From positions 1-39,166 of IMG/VR virus record IMGVR_UViG_3300047279_000052: 39,166 bases of DNA; one strand, 5' to 3'. The position numbers were made by a program, and so were the translations under genes. Source of the DNA: a virus (Duplodnaviria > Caudoviricetes). Shown piece after piece: positions 25,168 through 34,852 of the stretch (position 1 is its first letter; every line of letters starts with the position of its first letter). A model generated the notes under the pieces. The model saw only the letters and a list, made by a program, of their open reading frames with translations. It had not been told where the DNA came from and did not search any database.

Positions 25168-26532
25168 TTATTGTCCTAGTCGTTGCTTGATGGCCGCTGC
25201 TCGGGGGTCAGCAGGGTTTGAGTTAGCCCATTGTAATGCTTGTTGGTCAACTGGTGTCAAAGTTGGTATAGTTGGGCCACCGCGCTTCTTAGTCGTACCA
25301 GACTCTTTGGCAACCAAATACTTGTCAAATGCCAGCATCTTGTCTTTGATCTCATCAGCAGCATCGGTTGGCTGTGGCAAGAATCGTGCAAGTGTTTCGG
25401 CTTCAGCGGCAGATTGAGCAGTACCTGCACGTTCCTTGATCACGCCTGACACAACGTTGAACAAGTACGAACGGGCTTGGTTTTCTTCGGATGAAGCCAT
25501 ACGGCCACCAAGCGACTCAGGCATCAATCCACGAGTCATGCCAAACGCATCGGGAGTTGCTGTGACCGCATCGATCGCGCCTTTGACAATCGCACGTTGC
25601 TGATTGATCGACATTTGCTCTTTGCCGACAGCTTCAGAAGGCTTACCTTGCAACGGCTGGAAGCCACCACCAGGAGCCACTGCCAAACGTGCAGTTGGCA
25701 CTTCGCCTGCCTTGAGCTTAGATGGCAATGCGATGACGTTGCCTTGGTTGTCTTCTTGGTAAACAACACCGGTGGCGTCTTGTGCCAACTTTGCACGGGC
25801 GATAGCATTTGCTTCCGCTTCGCCAGGTGTCATTGTTTTCTTGGTTGTGCTCACCACGGTAGGTGTGCCGCCCAAACCAGGCAATGCAGAAACCTTCGAC
25901 GTGCCGCCCAAGTTCTCAGTGATGTAATGAGGCTTGTTCAACTCCATGAACTTCTCAGTACCCAGCTTTGACTGGTTAATCAAATCAGCAAAAGCCTGTG
26001 GACCAGCTTGAATAGCTTGTTGAATACGGGCCAATGATTGTTCTTGCGTCACGCCACGAGCGGCCAACGCTGGACCAAGAATAGGATCTTTATGATTGGC
26101 TTCATGCCAAGCAAGATACTGCTGGGGTGCTTTAGGATCAAGCGGATTGATGGTGTCAAGAAAACTGCGTGACTGTTTCAATTTGTCGTCAAGCAGCTTG
26201 GTTTCAGCAGCTTGTGTTTCAGTTTTAAGTTTGCCCAACTCGAGTAAACCCTTTTCCACAGCAGGCAACTTGGAACCAAACCCACCGCCAGCCAATGACT
26301 GACGAAGTGCATTGGCGTCAATTTGACCAGTCTTTGGGTCATATGCTTTAGCATATGCTTGATTCAACGCATTAACAGATTCCTGTTCGCGTTGAGCTGT
26401 AGCCAGTTGGTACTGCGCCATCGCATTTTGATTTTGTGCGTTTTGAATTTGGGCAATTTGGCCGTACTGCGCCAACTGATTAGGTAATTCAAGTGGTCTA
26501 ACGCCAAGAGCGATGTTTGGATCAATAGCCAT
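25168..26532 (-). CDS. DNA ejection protein (P22 gp20-like position)
   Basis: 454 aa, Gln/Ala-rich. Middle of three ejection-type genes. Confidence 0.7.
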   Translation of the reverse strand: MAIDPNIALGVRPLELPNQLAQYGQIAQIQNAQNQNAMAQYQLATAQREQESVNALNQAYAKAYDPKTGQIDANALRQSLAGGGFGSKLPAVEKGLLELGKLKTETQAAETKLLDDKLKQSRSFLDTINPLDPKAPQQYLAWHEANHKDPILGPALAARGVTQEQSLARIQQAIQAGPQAFADLINQSKLGTEKFMELNKPHYITENLGGTSKVSALPGLGGTPTVVSTTKKTMTPGEAEANAIARAKLAQDATGVVYQEDNQGNVIALPSKLKAGEVPTARLAVAPGGGFQPLQGKPSEAVGKEQMSINQQRAIVKGAIDAVTATPDAFGMTRGLMPESLGGRMASSEENQARSYLFNVVSGVIKERAGTAQSAAEAETLARFLPQPTDAADEIKDKMLAFDKYLVAKESGTTKKRGGPTIPTLTPVDQQALQWANSNPADPRAAAIKQRLGQ

Positions 26533-26541
26533 ATTCGTTCC

Positions 26542-27321
26542 TTACTTATTTAGGCCAACTGATGCGTAGTAGCCTGGATATGGTTCACTCATTAAAGAGC
26601 TAGTGCTTGTGCTACCACGCAGTGCGTTAAGCAACGCATTACCTTGAGTGTAATTTAAATATGTACCCAAACCACCGGTGATTGCGTTAGCCTGACCAAC
26701 CTGACCTGCAGCTTGAGCAGCAGCGCCGCCAGTCATCATGTTGCCTGCACCGGTGGCATAGTTTTGACCTGCTGCTGTAGTTTGACCAAGCGCAGTTTGA
26801 CCCAATCCGGCCAACGACTGCAAAGGATTTAATTGTGCCGCCCGCTCGGTTTGATAGCGGTTAAATGCGTTTTGGTACTCTTGAGAACCCATGTCTTGAC
26901 CATATCGAGTGGCTGCTTTTAAAGCGCTGCCGGAAATCAAACCACCACGAGCAGCAGCACTTCGATCAAGCGCCTTTTGACCTTCGGACAAACGAAAGCC
27001 GTAACCTGGGTCTTGTTGGAATTGACCCATGCCAAACTTTGTATAGTCTGACAATGGAATAAGTTTATTAAGCGCTTGCTCACCCGCCGCACGCCAAGGC
27101 GCGTAGTCAGCGCGGGTTTGCTCGTATTGTTGTTGCTGAAGTTCAGCCGCACGATCGGCAGCCGCTGCTTGCGTTTCGCCAGCACTTTTTGCTGCGCGAG
27201 CGCCGCCCAATGTACTGCCAGCCGCTAGGCCCAACATACCACCCGTTGCAAGAGTTAACCCACCAATTCCTGCCGCGCCTGCCGCTGCGCCAGCCAAACC
27301 ACCAATAATTGCGAATGTCAT
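26542..27321 (-). CDS. DNA ejection/pilot protein (P22 gp7-like)
   Basis: Gly/Ala N-terminus, QQQQYEQTR.D.APW, DPGYGFR..EG..A..RSAAARGG..SG. Confidence 0.8.
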   Translation of the reverse strand: MTFAIIGGLAGAAAGAAGIGGLTLATGGMLGLAAGSTLGGARAAKSAGETQAAAADRAAELQQQQYEQTRADYAPWRAAGEQALNKLIPLSDYTKFGMGQFQQDPGYGFRLSEGQKALDRSAAARGGLISGSALKAATRYGQDMGSQEYQNAFNRYQTERAAQLNPLQSLAGLGQTALGQTTAAGQNYATGAGNMMTGGAAAQAAGQVGQANAITGGLGTYLNYTQGNALLNALRGSTSTSSLMSEPYPGYYASVGLNK

Positions 27322-27767
27322 GTCAGTGCCTTTCCGCTTAACTTATTCCCTGGTAAATATACACAGTCGGAATCATTTTCAACTAATTCTTGTTCAACAT
27401 CTTCCACCGTGGTTGAATCTACACAATGAATTGTTACACATACGGCGTCAGTTTTTGCATATACCGCACGTTTTGCGCCGGGTTTACTTTCAAAAATATG
27501 CGGCCCAGTAACTTCAATAGCGCCTTCGTCTGTAGTGATCACAACAGTTCCAGAAAGCACTATGTAGAAATGTTCTTTTTTATGAACTTTTCCGACAATG
27601 ATGCAATCCGCAGGACGAAACACTTCACGCAAATACATTCCGCCGTGGAAGCGATGTTTGGTATCAAGTTCGATAGGCGTAACGTGCGCAAGCATTGCGT
27701 CTTGTAACGCTTGCACCCGATTAGACATCGGGGCAACTTCAAACCCTTTACCGTAGACGATCCGCAT
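27318..27767 (-). CDS. Cupin-fold protein
   Basis: HRF..GMY.RE...PA...IVGKVHKKEH...VLSG...GP....S.PG.KR...A..D...TIH. Confidence 0.7.
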   Translation of the reverse strand: MRIVYGKGFEVAPMSNRVQALQDAMLAHVTPIELDTKHRFHGGMYLREVFRPADCIIVGKVHKKEHFYIVLSGTVVITTDEGAIEVTGPHIFESKPGAKRAVYAKTDAVCVTIHCVDSTTVEDVEQELVENDSDCVYLPGNKLSGKALT

Positions 27768-28102
27768 TAGGTCACCTCACGTCCAGAAACGCGAATGTTG
27801 ATTGCGCTGGCTGTGCCTGCAATTGTACTGATAAAGTCGCCAGAGCCAAGCACTTGGCCGACCAATTCTGGGAACGTGTAGACCTCAGACGCTTGCAAGG
27901 TCTTGGTCTTGGTGATCAAGTTGGTGTTGCCCGCAGAGCCAGCAGTTGTCACCAAGTTGACAGAGATCGTAGCGGCAGAACCGCTGATGTTGGTCGCTGT
28001 GAACTTGTCGATGATGGCGGTAACGCCAGTCGCTGTGTACTGGGTTGTTTGGGCGTTCTCGGCGTATTTAGCCGGTACGAGGACTTTGACGGTGACTGTC
28101 AT
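27767..28102 (-). CDS. Small beta-rich virion protein
   Basis: Thr/Ser-rich beta pattern in the tail module. GGAG RBS. Confidence 0.65.
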   Translation of the reverse strand: MTVTVKVLVPAKYAENAQTTQYTATGVTAIIDKFTATNISGSAATISVNLVTTAGSAGNTNLITKTKTLQASEVYTFPELVGQVLGSGDFISTIAGTASAINIRVSGREVT

Positions 28103-28105
28103 GGT

Positions 28106-28807
28106 TTACTCCAATAAGAGGCAATTGTTAGCGGCTTGTTGCATGATGACCCAATTAGTGCCGTCAGACACCATTGTCGCCCAATTTCCTACAACTGCCA
28201 AGAGGATCGCTGTGCCAGCAACCGTGCTGTCAATGGGCACAACATTGCTAGACGCAGACACCAACGTCTGCGCTTGCATATTCTTAAACGTCAACGTGCG
28301 GCCAGACCACGCGCTTGCCGTGGGCAAGGTTACCGTACAGGTCGAACCTGACTTGTTGTTGATCAGCCAAGTCTCGTTGTCAGCCACCGTAAAGTCAGCG
28401 GTCTTGGTGACCGGCGCTGACGATGCGGCGTTAATGCTGGCGATGATAGCCGCAGTGTCAACGATAGGTTGAACTTGCAACCCCTCGATCTGCTTTTGCA
28501 TTTCAGCCGTCTGGGACACCAAGGACGAGCAGCAATCGACAAGATTGGCTTCTTGAATCTGTTTGATCAACTCAGCGCTCAGATCAACCGTTGGCGGCAA
28601 GGTCTGCAACTCTTGGTTAACCGACATCAACGCCTGATCGTAAGACGCAAGCAAGGTTTCCGCGCTTGGGCCAACAACATCGTCAATAGCCGCAGTGGCA
28701 ATGTTCTGGAGCGACAAGAAGAACAAGTACCAGGCGCGGTCAATCAGGCCCGTGCGAGGGTCGATTAACGGCACTCGTGGTGGCGTGATCGGCGTAACGT
28801 TAAGCAT
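28106..28807 (-). CDS. Tail-associated protein, possibly tail needle (gp26 position)
   Basis: Follows the gp10-like gene. Central heptads. C-terminal VTLPTA..GRTLTFKN...SDGTNW fibre-type domain. Confidence 0.5.
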   Translation of the reverse strand: MLNVTPITPPRVPLIDPRTGLIDRAWYLFFLSLQNIATAAIDDVVGPSAETLLASYDQALMSVNQELQTLPPTVDLSAELIKQIQEANLVDCCSSLVSQTAEMQKQIEGLQVQPIVDTAAIIASINAASSAPVTKTADFTVADNETWLINNKSGSTCTVTLPTASAWSGRTLTFKNMQAQTLVSASSNVVPIDSTVAGTAILLAVVGNWATMVSDGTNWVIMQQAANNCLLLE

Positions 28808-30239
28808 TCGTTGGACTCAGAATGAGTTCTGCGCCCATGATTGCAATCTTCACAGGATCAGTGCCGGACACTTCATAAACTCGGTCACGCAACTTAACAG
28901 TCATGCCTAAACGCCGCCAAATGACGCGCTTGTAGTACTGACCGATCTTACCCATGGATGACCAATGCTCGTTTGACCATGTGTGGCCGCCATCGTCTGA
29001 CCAGCGGAGCATGACTTGAGGGTCACTGCCTTGACCAAGGTTCAAGCCCACACCAGACTCGCAATCGAGTTGCATAGTGTGCTGGGCGGTACGCTTGAGG
29101 TTGTTCTGGCCAGTCGGCAAAGCACGCCATGTGCGTAGCCACTTCTGGATGCTGCCGTTGTCCGAGTAGTCGTCAAGGTCAAACGAATAGATGTTGCCGT
29201 TTTCAAAGTCACCCACAACAATCTTGTTGTTGAACGCCATTTGGCAGTTGCTACGGTGGCGTGTAAAGTTGCCGTCAGAAAACCCTGCACGCTCGTGCCA
29301 TGCCTGAGTCGCAGCGTCATACACCCATGTGGTGTTGGCTGTTGGGAAGATCAGCACATAAAAGCTGTGGCCGTCTTGCTGGTATGTGTAGCCGATAGCG
29401 TCTGACAAATCGGCGTACTGCTGGATCTGCCACTCGACAGCGTGGGTTGAGATGCGAACGCCGGTGTAGCCGTTGGCGCGGTAGACAATACCTTGACCAC
29501 GGCGGTCACGGCCAAGCCAGAACAAGCCGTTGTCCATCTTGGCAACGGAGAAGGGGGCAGCACAGCCTAATTCGTTGAACGCGCCTTGAATGCGCTGGAG
29601 AGGAAAGTCAGTCGCACCAGAGTCGTACCAGACTTCAATCGAGTTAGTACCAAACGCCCACACCTCGCGGAAGTTGGACGCCACGGCCACCAGACCGTCA
29701 GGAGAGCCTTCGGTGCTGGCAAAGTCAAGCGGGTCGATGGACGTGCCATCTAATATCTGCGTCACCCACATCAACTGGCTGTCTGGCTGGTTAAACACGA
29801 AGTAACCGTCCAAATAACAGACAGTCTCAGCGCCTGGAAAGTCAGGATCGGTGATCTGGCCAAAGGCGTTTGTGGTGTTGTTGTAGATGTAGCTGGGGCC
29901 ATTGGCCGCAATGAACAACTGCGTGCCGTTGTCAGACATACTGACCGGGCCAGTACCGGCAACCGTGCCGAGTAGCGTGGCCGCATACGAGGTGGTGATC
30001 TTGTAAAGCTGTGTGCCAGAAACAACAAAGGCTGTGCTGTCGCTAGACGAGAACGCCCACAGGCCACGGATCGGGCCGTTGCCAATGGTGTTGAGCAACT
30101 TGAGGCCAGGTGCGCGGTTCAGGAACGCAGGCTCTTTACCGGCTTCTGGAACAATCTCTGGAAACAGATTGACCATTCGAGCGTCTGCTGCATTGACGCT
30201 TCGGGTGACGTATGTAGAGCCAAGAATCGGCGTCTTCAT
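28800..30239 (-). CDS. Packaged-DNA stabilization protein / tail hub (P22 gp10-like)
   Basis: 479 aa. RMVNLFPE, LDGYFVF, FGTNSIEVW, RISTHAVE, SDDGGHTW, WRRLG. Confidence 0.9.
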   Translation of the reverse strand: MKTPILGSTYVTRSVNAADARMVNLFPEIVPEAGKEPAFLNRAPGLKLLNTIGNGPIRGLWAFSSSDSTAFVVSGTQLYKITTSYAATLLGTVAGTGPVSMSDNGTQLFIAANGPSYIYNNTTNAFGQITDPDFPGAETVCYLDGYFVFNQPDSQLMWVTQILDGTSIDPLDFASTEGSPDGLVAVASNFREVWAFGTNSIEVWYDSGATDFPLQRIQGAFNELGCAAPFSVAKMDNGLFWLGRDRRGQGIVYRANGYTGVRISTHAVEWQIQQYADLSDAIGYTYQQDGHSFYVLIFPTANTTWVYDAATQAWHERAGFSDGNFTRHRSNCQMAFNNKIVVGDFENGNIYSFDLDDYSDNGSIQKWLRTWRALPTGQNNLKRTAQHTMQLDCESGVGLNLGQGSDPQVMLRWSDDGGHTWSNEHWSSMGKIGQYYKRVIWRRLGMTVKLRDRVYEVSGTDPVKIAIMGAELILSPTNA

Positions 30240-30952
30240 TAGTAGTTACCGGCATAGATGTTGAAACGCTGGCGGTTGGCCACCAATGCGTAAGGCAGTG
30301 CCATCACATCGTCAGGGTTGTTGATGCGCTTCAAGTCACGCTTAGAAGTCATGGCGATGCGCTGCACTTGTGGGCTTGGCTCAACGCCAAACTCAGGGGC
30401 AAACTCCATGGCCAAGTTGTAAGTAAACGCACGCAGATAGCCTGGTGGGTAGTACAGCACCGTGGACAAGGTGGCTGGATTGTTCAACTCTTGCACCGAC
30501 ACAAAGTGCCACTCCAAGTCCTGCGTAGGACGTGGGTAAATGAACATCTCAGCATCGGGATACGTCATGTTGACGAAGATCACTTGCGGGTATGTAGACG
30601 TTACGGTCTTAACAGCAATACCGTTGTACTGCTGTTGATTGATAAATTTGATGCCATACGACACGCCGTTGGGCGCTTTGAAGTAGGTTGCATCGTCAAA
30701 CAAGATGGGGCGGTTGCCCACAAAGTCACCCGATGGGCCAAGCGTGCGGCTGATGAAGCCAGAGGGCCATGTGAAGACTTGATCTTGCGTAGAGAACACT
30801 GACAAACGCTCGGTTTGCCACGAGTCGATCATCTGATTTAACGCCATCAAGGCGTCTTGAGACGTAGCCGCTGAAGGCGTCTCACCTTCGGCAAGCACAC
30901 CGAGAAGCCTAAGCGCACGTTCGATTTGTTGGCCAGCGGTGTACGTTGTCAT
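30239..30952 (-). CDS. Head-tail adaptor (P22 gp4-like)
   Basis: IERALRLLGV..GE.P....DAL..LNQMIDSW...YNLAMEFAPEFG. Confidence 0.82.
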   Translation of the reverse strand: MTTYTAGQQIERALRLLGVLAEGETPSAATSQDALMALNQMIDSWQTERLSVFSTQDQVFTWPSGFISRTLGPSGDFVGNRPILFDDATYFKAPNGVSYGIKFINQQQYNGIAVKTVTSTYPQVIFVNMTYPDAEMFIYPRPTQDLEWHFVSVQELNNPATLSTVLYYPPGYLRAFTYNLAMEFAPEFGVEPSPQVQRIAMTSKRDLKRINNPDDVMALPYALVANRQRFNIYAGNY

Positions 30953-30954
30953 GT

Positions 30955-31137
30955 TTAAACCTCAGCAGTGGTTTTTCTACGGCGTTTAACTTCCAGCACG
31001 TTCACGGGAGCCGCTTCGGGTTCAGAAGGCGTGTCTGGATTATAGCGAGTCCAGCCATTTTTTTCATCCATCTCGGCTTCTAAGTGCATCGTTGCAACTT
31101 TAGCGCCATGGATGGGGTGTGTGAGGTAAATGACCAT
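30955..31137 (-). CDS. Small hypothetical protein
   Basis: Start re-assigned to ATG 31137. HPIHGAKVA...GW.RY with a basic tail. Confidence 0.6.
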   Translation of the reverse strand: MVIYLTHPIHGAKVATMHLEAEMDEKNGWTRYNPDTPSEPEAAPVNVLEVKRRRKTTAEV

Positions 31138-31141
31138 TTGA

Positions 31142-31546
31142 TTAGGCTTGACCGTGAATGACTGCAAAGTTCAGAACAACAGCTTCAGCCAAAGCGCCAG
31201 CCGTTAGATTTTGCAACGCAAGTGAAACAGAGCCGTTGGTCATTGAGGCTACAAAAGCAACATAAGCGCCAGCAGTGCCTGCACCAGAGACGTTGACGAT
31301 TAACGCATCATTAGAACCAATGAAACTATTGTTCAAAGTAAACATCGCAATATCGCCGCCAGCTAAAGACGCACTATTCATTGTGATGCGGCCCATACTC
31401 TTGTTCAAAGTTACAGCAGTAGTTTTATTGGTTAACTGGGTAACTGTGCCTTGAGCAGCGGGGGCGTAACCGATTTCTTCGGTTGCGTACATTGTGCTGA
31501 ACTCAGGATCGAGGTATGCAACGCCAGTGGCTTTAGTATTTGACAT
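31142..31546 (-). CDS. Putative capsid decoration / minor head protein, paralog 2
   Basis: 134 aa. First 18 residues identical to 31588..31992. Confidence 0.65.
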   Translation of the reverse strand: MSNTKATGVAYLDPEFSTMYATEEIGYAPAAQGTVTQLTNKTTAVTLNKSMGRITMNSASLAGGDIAMFTLNNSFIGSNDALIVNVSGAGTAGAYVAFVASMTNGSVSLALQNLTAGALAEAVVLNFAVIHGQA

Positions 31547-31557
31547 GATGTTCCTTT

Positions 31558-31584
31558 AAAAATGGGGGTGATTAGCCCCCATTT
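31558..31584 (-). terminator. Intrinsic terminator
   Basis: AAATGGGGG-CTAATCA-CCCCCATTT-TT on the minus strand. Confidence 0.75.
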
Positions 31585-31587
31585 AGT

Positions 31588-31992
31588 TTACTGCTGATGA
31601 ATAATGCAGAAGTTCAACACAATCGCCTCAGACAAAGAGCCGCCAGTGATGTTGCGAACGGTGATAGTAGCAGAGCCAGAAGACAAAGCAGACACGATGG
31701 CGGTATAAGCACCGGGTGTTGCGCCGCTGTTGGCCAAAGTCAAAATCACAGTGTCGTTAGCTGAAATGGTGCTGTTAGTCAATGTGAAACTCACACTGGT
31801 AGCAGATGCCAATGCAGCGTTGTTTAGCGTAATAACACCAGCAGACTTGTTCAAAGTCACGCCAGTAGATTTGCTAGTCGCTTGCGTTACAGTACCTTGC
31901 GCTGCGGCAGCGTAGCCCAATTCTTCAGTTGCATAGCAAGTGCTGAATTCGGGGTCAAGGTAAGCAACGCCTGTTGCTTTGGTATTTGACAT
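31588..31992 (-). CDS. Putative capsid decoration / minor head protein, paralog 1
   Basis: 134 aa, Ser/Thr/Ala-rich beta protein downstream of the coat gene. Confidence 0.65.
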   Translation of the reverse strand: MSNTKATGVAYLDPEFSTCYATEELGYAAAAQGTVTQATSKSTGVTLNKSAGVITLNNAALASATSVSFTLTNSTISANDTVILTLANSGATPGAYTAIVSALSSGSATITVRNITGGSLSEAIVLNFCIIHQQ

Positions 31993-32003
31993 GGTTGTTC
32001 CTT

Positions 32004-32029
32004 AAAAATAGGGGCCGAAGCCCCCATTT
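32004..32029 (-). terminator. Intrinsic terminator with cUUCGg loop
   Basis: GGGGC-TTCG-GCCCC-TATTTTT. Confidence 0.8.
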
Positions 32030-32033
32030 AGGT

Positions 32034-32429
32034 TTAGCCAGCTACGCGGTAGAACACGTAAGTGGCTTCACCAGTCTTACGAACGCGCCATGTGCATGAC
32101 GACACAGCAGACACAGCGGCAACACCAACCAAGGTGCAACCAGTGTTAGCAGTGACAGTAGCAGCGTCAGCAGCGTCAGTGTTGATGATGCTGAAGTCAA
32201 AGCAGCTATCGACTTTCATGCTGGGGAAAGCAGCGTCCAAAGAAGTACCGAGGGGTACTGTCAAAGCGCCAGCAGTGCCGTTGAAAGTGATGATGCCGGT
32301 AGCCAATTCAGCAGCAGTCAAAGTGGCTGCGGCTGCTTTAGCTGTAGGAGCCACTTGCGTGACCATGTTGATTTCGTTCAGGTTGCCGTCACCGAATTGG
32401 TAACCGCCTGCGCCGTTAGGTAAAGCCAT
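32034..32429 (-). CDS. Putative capsid decoration protein
   Basis: 131 aa directly after the coat gene. AAGGA RBS. Confidence 0.6.
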   Translation of the reverse strand: MALPNGAGGYQFGDGNLNEINMVTQVAPTAKAAAATLTAAELATGIITFNGTAGALTVPLGTSLDAAFPSMKVDSCFDFSIINTDAADAATVTANTGCTLVGVAAVSAVSSCTWRVRKTGEATYVFYRVAG

Positions 32430-32454
32430 GATAAGTTCCTTTCAAAGATATTAC

Positions 32455-32479
32455 GAAGAAAGGGGCCGAAGCCCCATTT
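32455..32479 (-). terminator. Post-capsid terminator with cUUCGg loop
   Basis: GGGGC-TTCG-GCCCC-TTTCTT. Confidence 0.75.
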
Positions 32480-32483
32480 CAAT

Positions 32484-33692
32484 TTAGCCCCAGAGACGAA
32501 CGCCCATTTGAGGACGGATCGTGTTGTAGCCGTACAAAACGTCAATACGGCAAGGCATACGGTCGTTGTTGATGTCGTACTGACGCACAACACGCAAGCT
32601 GATACCGTTGTGAACTGCGCGAGCAGCCATGTCAACACCTTGTGGCAACAACAAGTCAGCAGTTGCGAAGGTGATGGCATCCTTGTGGTACACCAAGTTT
32701 TGAGCGTACTGAGTAGATGCAGCACCCACGAACACGACAGCAGCGCCGGAAGCAGGGAAGCTGTCCACGGTGGCCAAAGCGTTAGTAGCAGTGTAGATAG
32801 GAGCAACAGTGATGTTGCCTTCGCCGCTTGAACCCAAAGTCACGTTTGCAGTAGCAACGAACTGGAACAAGGAACCGGTAGATTCACGAGTTTGTGGGTT
32901 AACAGCGTAGCAGCCAGCAACAGTGAACACGTCACCGATTTTGACAGTGCCTGCGTTACCGCCGCCAGTGATAGCGATGGTGGTTGCGCCTTGTGAAGAC
33001 ACAGAAGCAGACAAAGTAGCACCAGTAGCGCCGCGTGAGCCAGTTGTGAACTGTTTGATAGACTGAGACATGTTGATCTCGTCAAAGCCCAACACACCAG
33101 TGCCCATCATGCCGTTCTTGAATTGCTTGCTGATAGTGTCTGTAGGATTGAACAGACCTTTCATGCCTTCAACCAAGCCAGCGTTAGCAGCAGGGTTCAC
33201 GGTAGCGTAACGTGGGGACATCACAGCAGCGTTCTCGTTCAGCTTTTGCTGGGCTTGCAACAAGACCAAAGAAGTAGAAGGAGTTGTACCAGGTGTACCA
33301 ACAGAGTTACCAATGCCCAAGTAAGCGTTAGCAACGTCAGCATCGATAGAAGATGCCAACTGGCTGATACGAGGCTTCAACACACGCTCAGCGAAGTCGT
33401 CCAACTGCATGGTCAATTCAGCAGATGTGAAGTTGACACCGATGTGCTTTTGGCTGGCAACGGTCAAAGTGGTGTACTGTTCGTTGTCGTCCTGAACTTG
33501 CAGGGCAGCACCGTCGGTCACCAAAGCGCGATCGGGTAAGCGAATACGCAGTGTGGAACCAATCTTAGCACCTTCAACAGCGAAGCTGTCGTCGTACTGG
33601 CGGTTCACGTTACGGGTAAGAACGAGGTTGTTCTCGAGGATCTCCAGCGATTTGCGGGTGATCATGTCAATGGTCAGAATACTATTAGACAT
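32484..33692 (-). CDS. Major capsid protein, P22 coat (gp5) family
   Basis: LENNLV..RNVNRQYD..F....KIGSTLRIRLP, QLASSID, YHKDAITFAT, RIDVLYG...RP. Confidence 0.93.
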   Translation of the reverse strand: MSNSILTIDMITRKSLEILENNLVLTRNVNRQYDDSFAVEGAKIGSTLRIRLPDRALVTDGAALQVQDDNEQYTTLTVASQKHIGVNFTSAELTMQLDDFAERVLKPRISQLASSIDADVANAYLGIGNSVGTPGTTPSTSLVLLQAQQKLNENAAVMSPRYATVNPAANAGLVEGMKGLFNPTDTISKQFKNGMMGTGVLGFDEINMSQSIKQFTTGSRGATGATLSASVSSQGATTIAITGGGNAGTVKIGDVFTVAGCYAVNPQTRESTGSLFQFVATANVTLGSSGEGNITVAPIYTATNALATVDSFPASGAAVVFVGAASTQYAQNLVYHKDAITFATADLLLPQGVDMAARAVHNGISLRVVRQYDINNDRMPCRIDVLYGYNTIRPQMGVRLWG

Positions 33693-33719
33693 TTCAGTCC
33701 TTTCAAAAAAGTCAAAGTT

Positions 33720-34511
33720 TTAGCGGTTCTGCGCTTGCAGCTTCTTAATCTGTCTTGCACGTTCAGCTTCAATCCACTGGCCAGCCGTCATGCTCTTGAT
33801 AGAGCGTGGGTCGGTAGTGTCTAAAGTTGTCGCTCCTGCGGAGCGTGCAGTAACAGGAGAAATCGGCGCTGGCGCAGATGTTGTTTTCTTGACTGGGGGC
33901 GCTGCGGCCAATTTGGCCTCAATTTTCCCAATCTCTTTCGCCTGACCGAGCGGCGTCATACGCGAGATACGATCTGCTTCTTTAGGGTTTGAGCCAAGGT
34001 AGTACGCTAACTCAGGCCCAATGTCCGAAGACTGGATCGTTTCAGCCATCACGTTTGTAATCGGCAACTTGGGGTTGTAAGCGACTTGTTCAAAGTCATC
34101 GTACTTGTCCCGTGCTTGCTCTTCACGCTCTTGATAGCTTTCGAGAACGGCTGATTGCTGCTTGGCTGCTTCACGTTTAGCGATCAGTTCTTCGGCTTTC
34201 TGATAGGCCATTGCTTCCGCATAGGCTTCAGGGCTTTCAAACTGGTCAACGGACGCAGTTGGTGCAGCTTTCACGATTTGCGATTCCGCAGACCGATTTG
34301 CTTGCTCTCTTTCCCACTTACGTTGCTCTCTTGCAAGGCGTTTGCCGATCATCGCATCAATTTCAGCCTGAGAGTACTTCTTTTCCTCTGTGGCTTGTTC
34401 GACTTGGTTCTCAGCGACTTCCGGCGTACTTTCAGCAACTTCAGGTGTGGCCGTCACATCCGTGGTTGGCGCGGAGTCTACTTCCGCTAGGGCTTGGACT
34501 TCTTCAGTCAT
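33720..34511 (-). CDS. Scaffolding protein
   Basis: Acidic disordered N-terminus, GPELAYYLGSNP, AP.PISPV. Immediately upstream of the coat gene. Confidence 0.85.
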   Translation of the reverse strand: MTEEVQALAEVDSAPTTDVTATPEVAESTPEVAENQVEQATEEKKYSQAEIDAMIGKRLAREQRKWEREQANRSAESQIVKAAPTASVDQFESPEAYAEAMAYQKAEELIAKREAAKQQSAVLESYQEREEQARDKYDDFEQVAYNPKLPITNVMAETIQSSDIGPELAYYLGSNPKEADRISRMTPLGQAKEIGKIEAKLAAAPPVKKTTSAPAPISPVTARSAGATTLDTTDPRSIKSMTAGQWIEAERARQIKKLQAQNR

Positions 34512-34518
34512 TTTTTAT

Positions 34519-34557
34519 GAATCCTTGGATTCCTCGGTGAACCTCGCCGATACGGTT
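34519..34557 (-). ncRNA. Candidate cis-regulatory RNA in the scaffold leader (motif copy 2)
   Basis: AACCGTA-TCGGCG-AGGTT-CACCGA followed by hairpin GAATCC-AA-GGATTC, which buries the AAGGA SD. Confidence 0.5.
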
Positions 34558-34576
34558 TTGTTTATCTTACAACAGA

Positions 34577-34837
34577 TTACTCTGGAAGTACAACTACTTG
34601 AGCAGCAATAGCGGCTTCGTAGGCGGCAATTACTTCAGGAGTGTGGATAGATGCAGCAATTGCTTGCACTTTGGCATCTTCAGCGCTGTAGTCAGCACCG
34701 GGCACAACAACGTGGCGATGAAACTTGCTGCTGATTTCAACGCCGTCTTCTTTGATAGCGGTTTTGGTGCGAACTTGGACTACGCCAGATTCAACAACTT
34801 CAATCAGATCAACAGAGATAACTTTTTCGAGAGCCAT
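34577..34837 (-). CDS. Small tail-fibre-associated protein (chaperone-like)
   Basis: 86 aa directly downstream of the tailspike. AAGGA RBS. Confidence 0.55.
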   Translation of the reverse strand: MALEKVISVDLIEVVESGVVQVRTKTAIKEDGVEISSKFHRHVVVPGADYSAEDAKVQAIAASIHTPEVIAAYEAAIAAQVVVLPE

Positions 34838-34852
34838 GATATTTCCTTGTTT

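Noticed and set aside
32378-32806. Capsid readthrough or frameshift extension into the downstream gene
   Set aside because: The coat and 131-aa genes are in frame, but a second TAA lies 11 codons after the coat stop. The alternative-frame ORF ends at 32378 and no convincing slippery site was seen.
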